DNA from: Thermoplasmata archaeon | GTDB lineage: Archaea; Thermoplasmatota; Thermoplasmata; GCA-020350865 | DNA: 64,000 nucleotides | NCBI GenBank assembly: GCA_020348445.1 | Contig: CP070751.1 | Span: 3,713,002 to 3,777,001, forward strand | Direction: 5' to 3' | Shown: positions 48,273-56,836 of the stretch, piece by piece | Position numbering within the stretch: position 1 is the stretch's first letter | Layout of the letters: each line of letters opens with the position of its first letter | Notes under the pieces: model-generated | The model's input: the letters and a program-made list of their open reading frames with translations, nothing else | Told to the model about the DNA's origin: nothing | Databases searched by the model: none | Translations under genes and position numbers: made by a program

Positions 48273-48918
48273 ATGGCAAGAAAATGCCCCCACTGTAAAG
48301 CCCGACTAGGGACATTAGCCACTTCATGTTGGAAATGTAAATCCCCCGTAGATTATTACAAATCTCAATCAAAAGAAGTTGATCATAAAGAGATAGAAGA
48401 GCCTAGAAATATCGGGAAACTAGTTATTGTTCCATATGTAATGGTCACGATTTTGGCAATTATTTTAGTATTGATTATTGCTGTTGGGGGGGGAATTATA
48501 TCTACTTATTCTTCTAGTATATATGGGCATAATAGTATTCGGATCATTATTTAAAAAATCTTGGAAAGCAGAAAAAGTGATGGAATTGAATAAGATGGAC
48601 CCTTGGGAAGATTTTCCTTTTTGTGCCCATGGTAACATAATAGAGAACATTTTTACGGCACAGAAACTACCAGAATGGGAAGTAAAAAAATCGGGGTTAG
48701 TCGTAGACACTACCATTTTGATATTCGACTTTATTTTATGGATATTATTGATAATACTAATGCGCTTTCAAGGTCCAGATTTACATTGGTGGTCACATTT
48801 TGGCCCAATAATCGAAATTTTTGCCATATATGTTCTTTATCCAATATTTCTATTTATACTCATATTAATTTATTACAAGGATATCAAGATCTATAAATCT
48901 AAAAAACTTCAGCTGTAG
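48273..48918 (+). pseudogene. Zinc-ribbon membrane protein split by a frameshift at a G8 run (ORFs 48273-48554 and 48478-48918)
   Basis: Deleting one G at 48486-48493 fuses the two frames within a TM segment. Confidence 0.6.
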
Positions 48919-49049
48919 TTATAAATATGAATTGCCATAAGGCATACTTTTTTTGCCCTTAGTATTTATATGCTGCACTGACATAAGCAGTGGGGGCTCC
49001 CAGGGCAATCCCACAAAAGGATAATAAGTATCCAATATACCATTTAATT

Positions 49050-49079
49050 TTAAGCCAAGATTTGAACTTAAGGCGAGGG
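49050..49079 (+). repeat. Minimal element V
   Basis: TTAAGCCAAGATTTGAACTTAAGGCGAGGG, similar to T. Confidence 0.55.
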
Positions 49080-49134
49080 TTTGCATCACATAATTGTATG
49101 AAAGGGTGCATTGAACATCCTGAGGCGATAGCTG

Positions 49135-49566
49135 ATGAATAAGAGAATGGAAATAAAAGAGGAAGTTATTAAATTATTGATCGAGCTCTCAAAGGATTTT
49201 TATCCGAGACAATATATTTGTAAATTAGTGAGATCAGATGAAATCATCGATGAAATCTCGATTTTATCGAATCTTAAAAAGAAAATACCAGAATTAAAAC
49301 CTGTTCTACTGAATTTATTGGGTCCCTTTTCGTACAGCCCCTTTCTTGAACAATTTGCAGTAAGCCCCGACATATTATTTGAACAGGATTTTGTTGGTTT
49401 TGCAATCAGCCATATTGATGACTCATCAACACCCACAGAATATGATAAAAAATTGTTTGCACATTGTGGTGATGTTCACATTATAATCGCTCATCCTTTT
49501 AATAATTGTTCTTGGGCTGCTTATGATAATAATGGAAATAAAATCAATTTAGAAATAATAAATTGA
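49135..49566 (+). CDS. JAMM/MPN-like protein with degenerate metal site
   Basis: FVGFAISH....PTEYD..LF...GDVHIIIAHPF. Confidence 0.65.
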   Translation: MNKRMEIKEEVIKLLIELSKDFYPRQYICKLVRSDEIIDEISILSNLKKKIPELKPVLLNLLGPFSYSPFLEQFAVSPDILFEQDFVGFAISHIDDSSTPTEYDKKLFAHCGDVHIIIAHPFNNCSWAAYDNNGNKINLEIIN

Positions 49567-49669
49567 AATTAAAGTTGTATCCGACCAAAAGGAGCGGAGC
49601 CTAGAGGCTGGGAGTAAAAGAGTAAAACAGTATAGCCGTCATCTTCAATAGCGTCATAGAAAGTTTTAA

Positions 49670-49694
49670 ATAGTTAAAATAACTATAATAGTTA
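49670..49694. promoter_or_regulatory. Palindromic operator of second toxin-antitoxin pair
   Basis: ATAGTTA-AAA-TAACTAT-A-ATAGTTA. Confidence 0.55.
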
Positions 49695-49701
49695 TGATAA
49701 C

Positions 49702-49929
49702 ATGGCATATAAAACAATTAATGTGACACCAGAAACATATGAAAAGCTGATACTCTATAAACATGCGGGAATGACTTTTGATGAAGTTATAAACGAAATG
49801 ATGGATATGATGTCAGAAGAGGAATTCTATAAGCATGTATTAGAGGAACACAAAAAGCGCCTCAAGAAAATAAAAGCGGGAGAATATATAGAATCTGATG
49901 ATCTTAGTAAGGCTTTAAATGAGGTCTGA
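49702..49929 (+). CDS. Antitoxin (archaeal VapB/RHH-like)
   Basis: KTINVTPETYEKL...TFDEVINEM; directly upstream of toxin. Confidence 0.75.
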   Translation: MAYKTINVTPETYEKLILYKHAGMTFDEVINEMMDMMSEEEFYKHVLEEHKKRLKKIKAGEYIESDDLSKALNEV

Positions 49930-49935
49930 GGTGCT

Positions 49936-50232
49936 TTGTTGCCTAAATATAAAATTATTTATGGTAAGGATTTTTTAAAAGACCTTAAGAAAATCATAAA
50001 AAGTGGTGAGAAAAAGATAAAAGATAAAGTTGAGCAAGTTGTTGAAAAATTATTAATTGATCCACACAAGAAAAGATCTGGGGTCGATATAAAACTAATA
50101 TCGTCAAGAAAAGAAGCGGTGTATCGCGTTCGAATAGGCAAATATCGAATTATATATCAAATTGATGAAAAAGAAAAGAAATTATACATCACCATGATTT
50201 TTCTAAAAACAAGTAAGCAAGATTATAGATAA
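49936..50232 (+). CDS. RelE/ParE-family toxin
   Basis: YRVRIGKYRIIYQID. Confidence 0.88.
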   Translation: MLPKYKIIYGKDFLKDLKKIIKSGEKKIKDKVEQVVEKLLIDPHKKRSGVDIKLISSRKEAVYRVRIGKYRIIYQIDEKEKKLYITMIFLKTSKQDYR

Positions 50233-50361
50233 TCAATATACTCGGTGGTGTATAATTATGGTAACTATCATAATAGGAAATGGCAGATTGGTAAAATATC
50301 ATTAAAGTTAAATATATTCAGTTACATAGTAGCCATGGTTATTTAAAGGACACTAGGAGGT

Positions 50362-53300
50362 GTGCTAGTAATGGGTGAAGATATTAAGCGTATATTAATG
50401 GTAATTTTAGGGATGATATTGATATTATCGGCGATATCAATAATCCCTTTAAAGGAGCCCATTCTTGATTGTGCATCTGCAGGCTCAATCTGGGTTCAAA
50501 CCACTGAGACAGATTTCAATGCAGGGACTTTAGAAAATGTGACTGTCACACCTGAGGGTAATGTGACGCTTGCATTACAGACCAAAAATATAGAAGAAGA
50601 TTTCACCGACGAATCTAATATCAGTTATAAAATAAATGTGATTGTAGATAGCGTATTAGGGGAAGCTAGGCTGGTAAAAGGTATCAATAAAACATTTGGC
50701 GGGCCAGATATAGATTGGGGTTGGTGGGTTCAACAAACCAGCGATTTTGGATATGCTCTTTTCAGCGAGACTGGATCTTTTGGGGCAGGTGATTTGGACG
50801 CATGGTTGATCAAGACCGACGAAAAAGGAAATGAAGAGATAAACAAAACATTTGGTGGTCCTGCAAAGGACGGAGCAAGATCAGGCCAGCAGACCAATGA
50901 TGGCGGATATATTCTTGGCGGATATGCCGATTCCTTTGGTTTTCCTGGTCATGACGGTTGGTTGATAAGGACAGATTCACTTGGAAATGAGCTATGGAAC
51001 TATACATACGGCGGTCCCGGAACAGATGCTTTCTACTCTGTTGTGCAAACCACAGATGGCGGTTTCGTTGCAACTGGATATGAGACTTCATATGGACCTC
51101 CAGGTTATAACGTTTGGCTGTATAGAACAGACGCAGTGGGATCTGAGCTATGGACTAGATATTACGGGGAGGGAGGTTCAGAATATGGAATGTCTGTTAA
51201 GCAGACATCTGATGATGGATATATTATTACAGGTACCACAGATTCTTTTGGAACTGGAGACACCGATTTATGGTTGATAAAGACAGATGTAATAGGAATT
51301 GAACAATGGAATCATACATTTGGAGGACTTGCTGATGATTGGGGTGGCTCGGTTTTTCAGACCTCTGATGGAGGATATATCGTCTCAGGCGATACAAGAT
51401 CCTACGGCTCTGGTGGTTATGACGTATGGCTGATTAAAACCGATGAATTTGGTAATGAAGAATGGAATATGACATATGGTGAAGCATTTGTCGATGACAC
51501 GGGATATTGTGTTCATCAGACTTTTGATGGGGGATACGTCATAGCTGCAAGCGCGACCAATTTATTTACCGGCTACACAGATATCTGGTTGATAAAGACT
51601 GATAGTAATGGTAATGAACAGTGGAGGAGGATTTTTGGAGGGGCAGCTTCTGATTGGGGATACTCTGTTGATCAAACCGTTGATGGAGGTTTCATTCTCA
51701 TTGGATATACAGCATCGTATGGAGCAGGAAGTATAGATGTGTGGTTGATTAAAACCGATACCCAAGGAAATATCAGTTCTGAAGGTGAACTGATTTCTGC
51801 CAACATGCTATCAGGGAAAAATGCATTTTCCATTGATACTTTTAATTGCACAGCATCCATTCCTCCTGGTACCCTTGTGCAAGTTCAATTTTCACAGGAC
51901 AAACTCGATTGGTATGATTCTGCCCGTGTACTAGATAGCTGGGATACTTTAACTGATGGCTTCAATTCCATTGACTTGTCTCTTCTTGGATGGGGTGGTT
52001 CTGAACTTTTCTACAAAATGTACTTTTTCTCAAATACTGTTGACATCCCTTCTGTAGAGAATGTTAATATTTCGTACAGTGTATATTCATCTTCGGGAGT
52101 GTTGACTTCGCAAACCTTTGATTGCGGTGAAACTAATGTTGACTGGAAGACTTTGAGTTGGATTGCATTAGAACCTCCGGGAACAGAAGTTAGATTTCAG
52201 TTAAGGGCTGCTGATACTCAAGCCAATTTATCGACAATGAATTTTTCGGGGCCAGACGGAAGCTCAGCAACTTATTACGATTTTTCACCTGCAAATACCT
52301 GGTCGGGTCTTGATGGTTACCCATGGGTGCAATTCAAGGCTTTTTTAATAGGAACAAGTGAACTTACACCTATTTTGCAGGAGGTTACCATATACTATGA
52401 TTTCATACCAGATGCGCCAACCAACCTCACAATAGAGATCTGGGGAAATAACCTCACCCTAAACTGGACGGCCCCACAAAGCAGTCCAAGCCCTGTAAAT
52501 CACTATTTGATTTATAGGGTTAACGATCCAAATAGTTTTACTTATTCAGATTCAGAGATAATCTACAATTCCTCCAACAATCCAGGACACGAACTAGACA
52601 CCATGTGGAATGATACCCAAGCTCTATTGGACCAAAGTAACAACTATTTTTATGTTGTCAGGGCAATATCTGATGATGGTGGTAACGACACCAATGAGAA
52701 TATCGTGGGGAAGTATGTGATTCAACTTTCTGCTGGCTGGAATTTGATCTCTTTACCTTTGACTCAAAAAGATACCAGTATCTCCGAGGTTCTAAGAACG
52801 ATAGATGGTCAATTTAATGTTGTTCAGTGGTATGATGCAAAAAATGGAATTTGGCGTTCTACTTCAACAGGTTTGACTGATATCAACAGAAGCATGGGTT
52901 TGTGGATTTATATGAAAAATAAACACAATTTAAGTGTGGTTGGCGCAGTTTCAGAGTCAACTGACATTGCTTTGTATAAAGGTTGGAATTTAGTTGGGTA
53001 TCCAAGTTTTACAATCAGAAATCTAAATGATGCTTTAATTGGAATAAATTGGCAGGCTGTGCAGCAGTATAACGCCTTTGATTCTAATGATCCTTGGAAG
53101 CACAATAGTGTTAGCAAGCCTGATAGATTCAATGACCTAAAGGAAATGAAACCAGGCTATGGATATTGGGTATATGCTGCAATAGATGATACCTGGGTGA
53201 CAACAAGATCATATGATGACGCAAGAAGTGAGATTTGGAGAGTATATGGATTAAAGGAAAAAGACAAAGGGCAGCATAATTTTGAATTAATAATTGAAGA

Positions 53301-53469
53301 TCCATTAGAAATAACGAATGAAGAATACCTTGAAAATAATATCCCTCCAGGGAATTCAAACGATAAAAAAGAAATCAAGAGAATAGATTTCTCTCTTCTC
53401 TCTTTTATGTTGCTTGTCATATTGGTTTGGATCGGGGGGATTATGAAGCTGCAAAGCATTGGACATTGA
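50362..53469 (+). CDS. Large secreted protein with propeller-like repeats and FN3-like domain
   Basis: DVWLIKTD..GN..W..TFGG repeats; GWNLISLP/GWNLVGYP C-terminal domain. Confidence 0.8.
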   Translation: MLVMGEDIKRILMVILGMILILSAISIIPLKEPILDCASAGSIWVQTTETDFNAGTLENVTVTPEGNVTLALQTKNIEEDFTDESNISYKINVIVDSVLGEARLVKGINKTFGGPDIDWGWWVQQTSDFGYALFSETGSFGAGDLDAWLIKTDEKGNEEINKTFGGPAKDGARSGQQTNDGGYILGGYADSFGFPGHDGWLIRTDSLGNELWNYTYGGPGTDAFYSVVQTTDGGFVATGYETSYGPPGYNVWLYRTDAVGSELWTRYYGEGGSEYGMSVKQTSDDGYIITGTTDSFGTGDTDLWLIKTDVIGIEQWNHTFGGLADDWGGSVFQTSDGGYIVSGDTRSYGSGGYDVWLIKTDEFGNEEWNMTYGEAFVDDTGYCVHQTFDGGYVIAASATNLFTGYTDIWLIKTDSNGNEQWRRIFGGAASDWGYSVDQTVDGGFILIGYTASYGAGSIDVWLIKTDTQGNISSEGELISANMLSGKNAFSIDTFNCTASIPPGTLVQVQFSQDKLDWYDSARVLDSWDTLTDGFNSIDLSLLGWGGSELFYKMYFFSNTVDIPSVENVNISYSVYSSSGVLTSQTFDCGETNVDWKTLSWIALEPPGTEVRFQLRAADTQANLSTMNFSGPDGSSATYYDFSPANTWSGLDGYPWVQFKAFLIGTSELTPILQEVTIYYDFIPDAPTNLTIEIWGNNLTLNWTAPQSSPSPVNHYLIYRVNDPNSFTYSDSEIIYNSSNNPGHELDTMWNDTQALLDQSNNYFYVVRAISDDGGNDTNENIVGKYVIQLSAGWNLISLPLTQKDTSISEVLRTIDGQFNVVQWYDAKNGIWRSTSTGLTDINRSMGLWIYMKNKHNLSVVGAVSESTDIALYKGWNLVGYPSFTIRNLNDALIGINWQAVQQYNAFDSNDPWKHNSVSKPDRFNDLKEMKPGYGYWVYAAIDDTWVTTRSYDDARSEIWRVYGLKEKDKGQHNFELIIEDPLEITNEEYLENNIPPGNSNDKKEIKRIDFSLLSFMLLVILVWIGGIMKLQSIGH

Positions 53470-53792
53470 TAGGGATTATTGTGGGATTTGCAGGAGGTAT
53501 TCTCCCTTTGATCATATTTATAATATCTTATATTTCGTTCGATGATGCGATCCGAACACCGCAGCATAGCCCAACTAATTATGGCATTTTTCAACAACCC
53601 AGTCCTATTAGATATTGTGATAGTTGTAGAAGACAGATTCCATTTGATAGTAAGCTTTGTCCTTATTGTGGTGTGCAACAATCCACTATTGATTCATTCG
53701 AAAAACCACCTCCACCACCTACAGAATCTAAAAAAACTATACCTGTGGAAGAACAACATCATAAACCGCCACCCCCACCTCCACCGAAGTAA
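53427..53792 (+). CDS. Membrane/zinc-ribbon/Pro-rich protein, apparently 5'-truncated
   Basis: Paralogous to 47358; CDSC...CPYC; PPPPP runs. Confidence 0.55.
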   Translation: MDRGDYEAAKHWTLIGIIVGFAGGILPLIIFIISYISFDDAIRTPQHSPTNYGIFQQPSPIRYCDSCRRQIPFDSKLCPYCGVQQSTIDSFEKPPPPPTESKKTIPVEEQHHKPPPPPPPK

Positions 53793-53860
53793 AAACTACC
53801 ATTACAAAGGAGTATAAAAAAAACAAATATATTTATAACCCCCCACCCATTCAGCCCCCC

Positions 53861-54085
53861 ATGTGCCTTGCAGTTCCTGGTAAGATACTGAGTATAGACG
53901 AAGACCAAATCGCGAACGTGGATTTCGGGGGAGTAGAAAGACCTGTCAACGTCTCATTGGTGGATGTATATGAAGGAGACTATGTCATAGTTCATGCAGG
54001 ATATGCGATTCAGGTTTTAAGCGAGGAGGATGCACTCCAATCCTTGGAAATGTTCAGGCAGATTTTGGAGGAGCAAAATGCATGA
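53861..54085 (+). CDS. hypC: Hydrogenase maturation protein HypC
   Basis: MCLAVPGK...VIVHAGYAI. Confidence 0.95.
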   Translation: MCLAVPGKILSIDEDQIANVDFGGVERPVNVSLVDVYEGDYVIVHAGYAIQVLSEEDALQSLEMFRQILEEQNA

Positions 54086-54494
54086 GTACTCCATCATGGT
54101 GGACATCGTCAATGCAGCTCTGAAGTCCATTGAGAACTATGATGTGGAGAGTGTCCAGAAGATTTTTTTGGATGTGGGTGAATTGACCTTCTTAAACCCA
54201 GAGCAGCTCAAATTCTGCTTCACAGTGTTGATCAAGGACAATATACTAAAAGGTGCTGAGCTTGAGATACAACAAAAGAGGGCCGAAATAGAATGTAAAT
54301 CATGTGAATACAAAGGGCCCCTCGAAAAACAACCAGAAGAGGATCATTTCAGGATACCTAGAATCTCCTGCCCGAAATGCGAAGGTGAGATCAAGTTGCT
54401 GAGTGGAAGGGAGTGCATTTTAAGGAACATCAAGATGACGTTAAGGGATGAGAATCCAAAGGAGCAAAAAGAGCAGGTGAGCAACACGAGTTGA
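54078..54494 (+). CDS. hypA: Hydrogenase maturation protein HypA
   Basis: MHEYSI at 54078; CKSC...CPKC; SGRE. Confidence 0.93.
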   Translation: MHEYSIMVDIVNAALKSIENYDVESVQKIFLDVGELTFLNPEQLKFCFTVLIKDNILKGAELEIQQKRAEIECKSCEYKGPLEKQPEEDHFRIPRISCPKCEGEIKLLSGRECILRNIKMTLRDENPKEQKEQVSNTS

Positions 54495-54504
54495 GGGAAT
54501 TTAA

Positions 54505-55617
54505 ATGATGGAGAAGTTCAGATTCAGGGATAAGGACCTCGCAGATGAGATCTTTCAAAAATTAAAGGATATGAATTTGAATATCAGATTGATGCATGTC
54601 TGCGGAACACATCAGGACACACTTGTGAGGTTCGGATTGGAGGAGAATCTTAATAAAGTTGGTGTGGAGATCAGACAGGGCCCTGGGTGCCCGGTTTGTG
54701 TTACCACTCCAAAAGAGATAGAGGAGGCCATACTCCTTTCCAAAAAGGGCAAGAAGCTTGTTGTATTCGGTGACATGATCAAGGTCCCTGGAGCCTCAGG
54801 TTCACTTGCTGACGCAAGAGCCAGGGGAGGAGATATTCAGATCGCATACGGAGTGGACGATGCTGTGAACATAGCCTCCCAGGTAGATAAAGAAGTTGTT
54901 TTCATGGCAGTGGGCTTTGAAACCACCATACCAAGCATCGCCATGGCAATTAAAAGGGTGCATGAAAAAAAGGAGAGCCAGTCTTCCAATTTCTCGATTC
55001 TAAGCTGCCACAGAATCGTGCCTCCCGCATTGAAGACATTGATTGAACTTGGAGAGGTGAAGTTGCACGGATTAATCGAGCCGGGCCATGTGAGCACAAT
55101 AATAGGTGCTAGACCATACGAGTTCCTCTCGGAAAAGTACAACGTTCCCCAGGTAATCGCTGGCTTCGAACCACTGGATCTTCTTATGGGAATTTACATG
55201 CTAGCCAGGCAGATAGAAAAAGGGGAGGCCAAGGTGGAGATCGAGTATACACGAAGCGTGAAATACGAGGGTAATCCCAAGGCAGTCTCTGTTATAGACG
55301 AAGTTTTTGAGCCATTCGATATCAAATGGAGGGGATTTCCAGAAATTCCAGAAAGTGGACTTAGGCTTAAATCTGAATATGAGGATTATGACGCAAGACA
55401 ACTCTTTGCAGAGGATCTAAAGGATATTGAGGACATGGAATTCTCCGAACCTGCGGGCTGCAAGTGTGGGGATGTGTTAAGAGGTGTGATATATTCTGAT
55501 GAATGCCCATTATTTGGAAAGGCCTGCACACCCGAACACCCTGTGGGGCCATGTATGGTGAGTGCCGAGGGAAGCTGTAATATTCTTTTGAAGTACGGAA
55601 GAAGAGGTAAAGAATAA
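54505..55617 (+). CDS. hypD: Hydrogenase maturation protein HypD
   Basis: MHVCGTH, GPGCPVCVT, GFETT, PGHVS, GPCMVS.EGSC. Confidence 0.96.
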   Translation: MMEKFRFRDKDLADEIFQKLKDMNLNIRLMHVCGTHQDTLVRFGLEENLNKVGVEIRQGPGCPVCVTTPKEIEEAILLSKKGKKLVVFGDMIKVPGASGSLADARARGGDIQIAYGVDDAVNIASQVDKEVVFMAVGFETTIPSIAMAIKRVHEKKESQSSNFSILSCHRIVPPALKTLIELGEVKLHGLIEPGHVSTIIGARPYEFLSEKYNVPQVIAGFEPLDLLMGIYMLARQIEKGEAKVEIEYTRSVKYEGNPKAVSVIDEVFEPFDIKWRGFPEIPESGLRLKSEYEDYDARQLFAEDLKDIEDMEFSEPAGCKCGDVLRGVIYSDECPLFGKACTPEHPVGPCMVSAEGSCNILLKYGRRGKE

Positions 55618-55684
55618 ATATCTGTTTTTTTTATCAAAACTAATTAGGATCAATAACTCATACAGCATGGTAAATCAATGGCAT

Positions 55685-56422
55685 TTAAAAAAGACTGGCT
55701 TGCTGAAATTTCAATTCTTCATATTCTTGCTTCTCTATTATCTCAGGCACATTTGTATTTCCCTTTCTATATGAAATCATCTTAGATACAGTGTGCGCAT
55801 CCAAAACAGAATCGTCGATAGGCTCCAGCATCGAGTTGATATCGTCCCTGGTGATGTCAGAGTCCAGCCAACGTCTCTCATCATCCAGTCTTAATATCGC
55901 TGGCATCCTCTTTTTCTTGTTATGGATTTTTTCTAAAAGTGGGTTTGCTCTTGTGGTGATCACAGAAAAGGTATTGTATTTTTCATCTGTATCCTTGTTT
56001 GTCCATGTATCCCATATTCCGGCCATTGCGAAGGCTTCCTTGTCTGCCATTCTTATGTAATACGGATAATTCTTGCCCTTTACCTCTCTCCACTCGAAAA
56101 AGCCATCTGCGATCACAAGGCATCTTTTATTTTTTATGGGTCCTCTAAATGAGGGCTTTTCAAATAATGTTTCGGCCCTTGCATTGAATGTTTTTGTTCT
56201 TATTTCATTTGCCTTTTCTTCATTTTTTATCCAAAATGGAATCAATCCCCATTTTAAGAACTGAATCAAGTTGACATTTTCGTTGGTTATCACAGGAACA
56301 TCCGGAATGGAAAAAGCAGAAACATGATAGGCCGGCTCGTACAATTCAGGGGCATCGAACTTGGCATCAAAGCGCTCCTCAAGGCGATCGCTTTTTAAAG
56401 CAAATGAGATGTCGAAACACAT
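55685..56422 (-). CDS. SRAP (YedK/HMCES-like) abasic-site protein
   Basis: Start MC at 56422; FNARAETL, ADGFFEW, IHNKKKRMP. Confidence 0.88.
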   Translation of the reverse strand: MCFDISFALKSDRLEERFDAKFDAPELYEPAYHVSAFSIPDVPVITNENVNLIQFLKWGLIPFWIKNEEKANEIRTKTFNARAETLFEKPSFRGPIKNKRCLVIADGFFEWREVKGKNYPYYIRMADKEAFAMAGIWDTWTNKDTDEKYNTFSVITTRANPLLEKIHNKKKRMPAILRLDDERRWLDSDITRDDINSMLEPIDDSVLDAHTVSKMISYRKGNTNVPEIIEKQEYEELKFQQASLF

Positions 56423-56423
56423 T

Positions 56424-56792
56424 TTATTTACCTCCTTTTTTCTTCTTTTTTTCCTTTGGTGGCAGTGACGAGACATAGTTCACAGACCTGTTAAGCCAGA
56501 ATGAGAATTGCTTCTTATTATTAAAAAGGGACTTTGGAACAACGACATACTCCTTCATAAGCCTCCCGCTTACAGGCTCAAAGGGCACCACTTCATCATG
56601 CTCATTTTTAATTCTTTCCCTATCCTCTTCAGATAATCTGATAAACAAATTTTCCTCGAAGGTACCGCAGAACATGTTGTTGTTTATAAAATACGTTGGA
56701 AATCCGAACATTTTTCTCTTTTGGCATTCCACATCAGTTAAGCTCTTTTCGAGAAAGGAAGTCAATTCTTCAGGGGATTTTTTCCAGGCCAT
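56424..56792 (-). CDS. TfoX/Sxy-family protein
   Basis: RKMFG.P.YF.N.NMF; GRLMKEYVVVP. Confidence 0.82.
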   Translation of the reverse strand: MAWKKSPEELTSFLEKSLTDVECQKRKMFGFPTYFINNNMFCGTFEENLFIRLSEEDRERIKNEHDEVVPFEPVSGRLMKEYVVVPKSLFNNKKQFSFWLNRSVNYVSSLPPKEKKKKKGGK

Positions 56793-56836
56793 GATATCAT
56801 ATTTCCTTAATTATAAAGTCATATTTAAGTTTATTT

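Noticed and set aside
18375-49079. CRISPR array interpretation of the repeats
   Set aside because: Units are long and modular, separated by whole genes; no 25-45 bp repeat-spacer periodicity and no cas genes
18375-49079. Canonical class 1-type integron
   Set aside because: No intI in the window; no paired RYYYAAC/GTTRRRY boxes; sites too long; cargo in both orientations
50640-51770. Recurring TGGTTGAT(A/C/T)AA(G/A)AC motif
   Set aside because: It encodes the WLIKTD protein repeat
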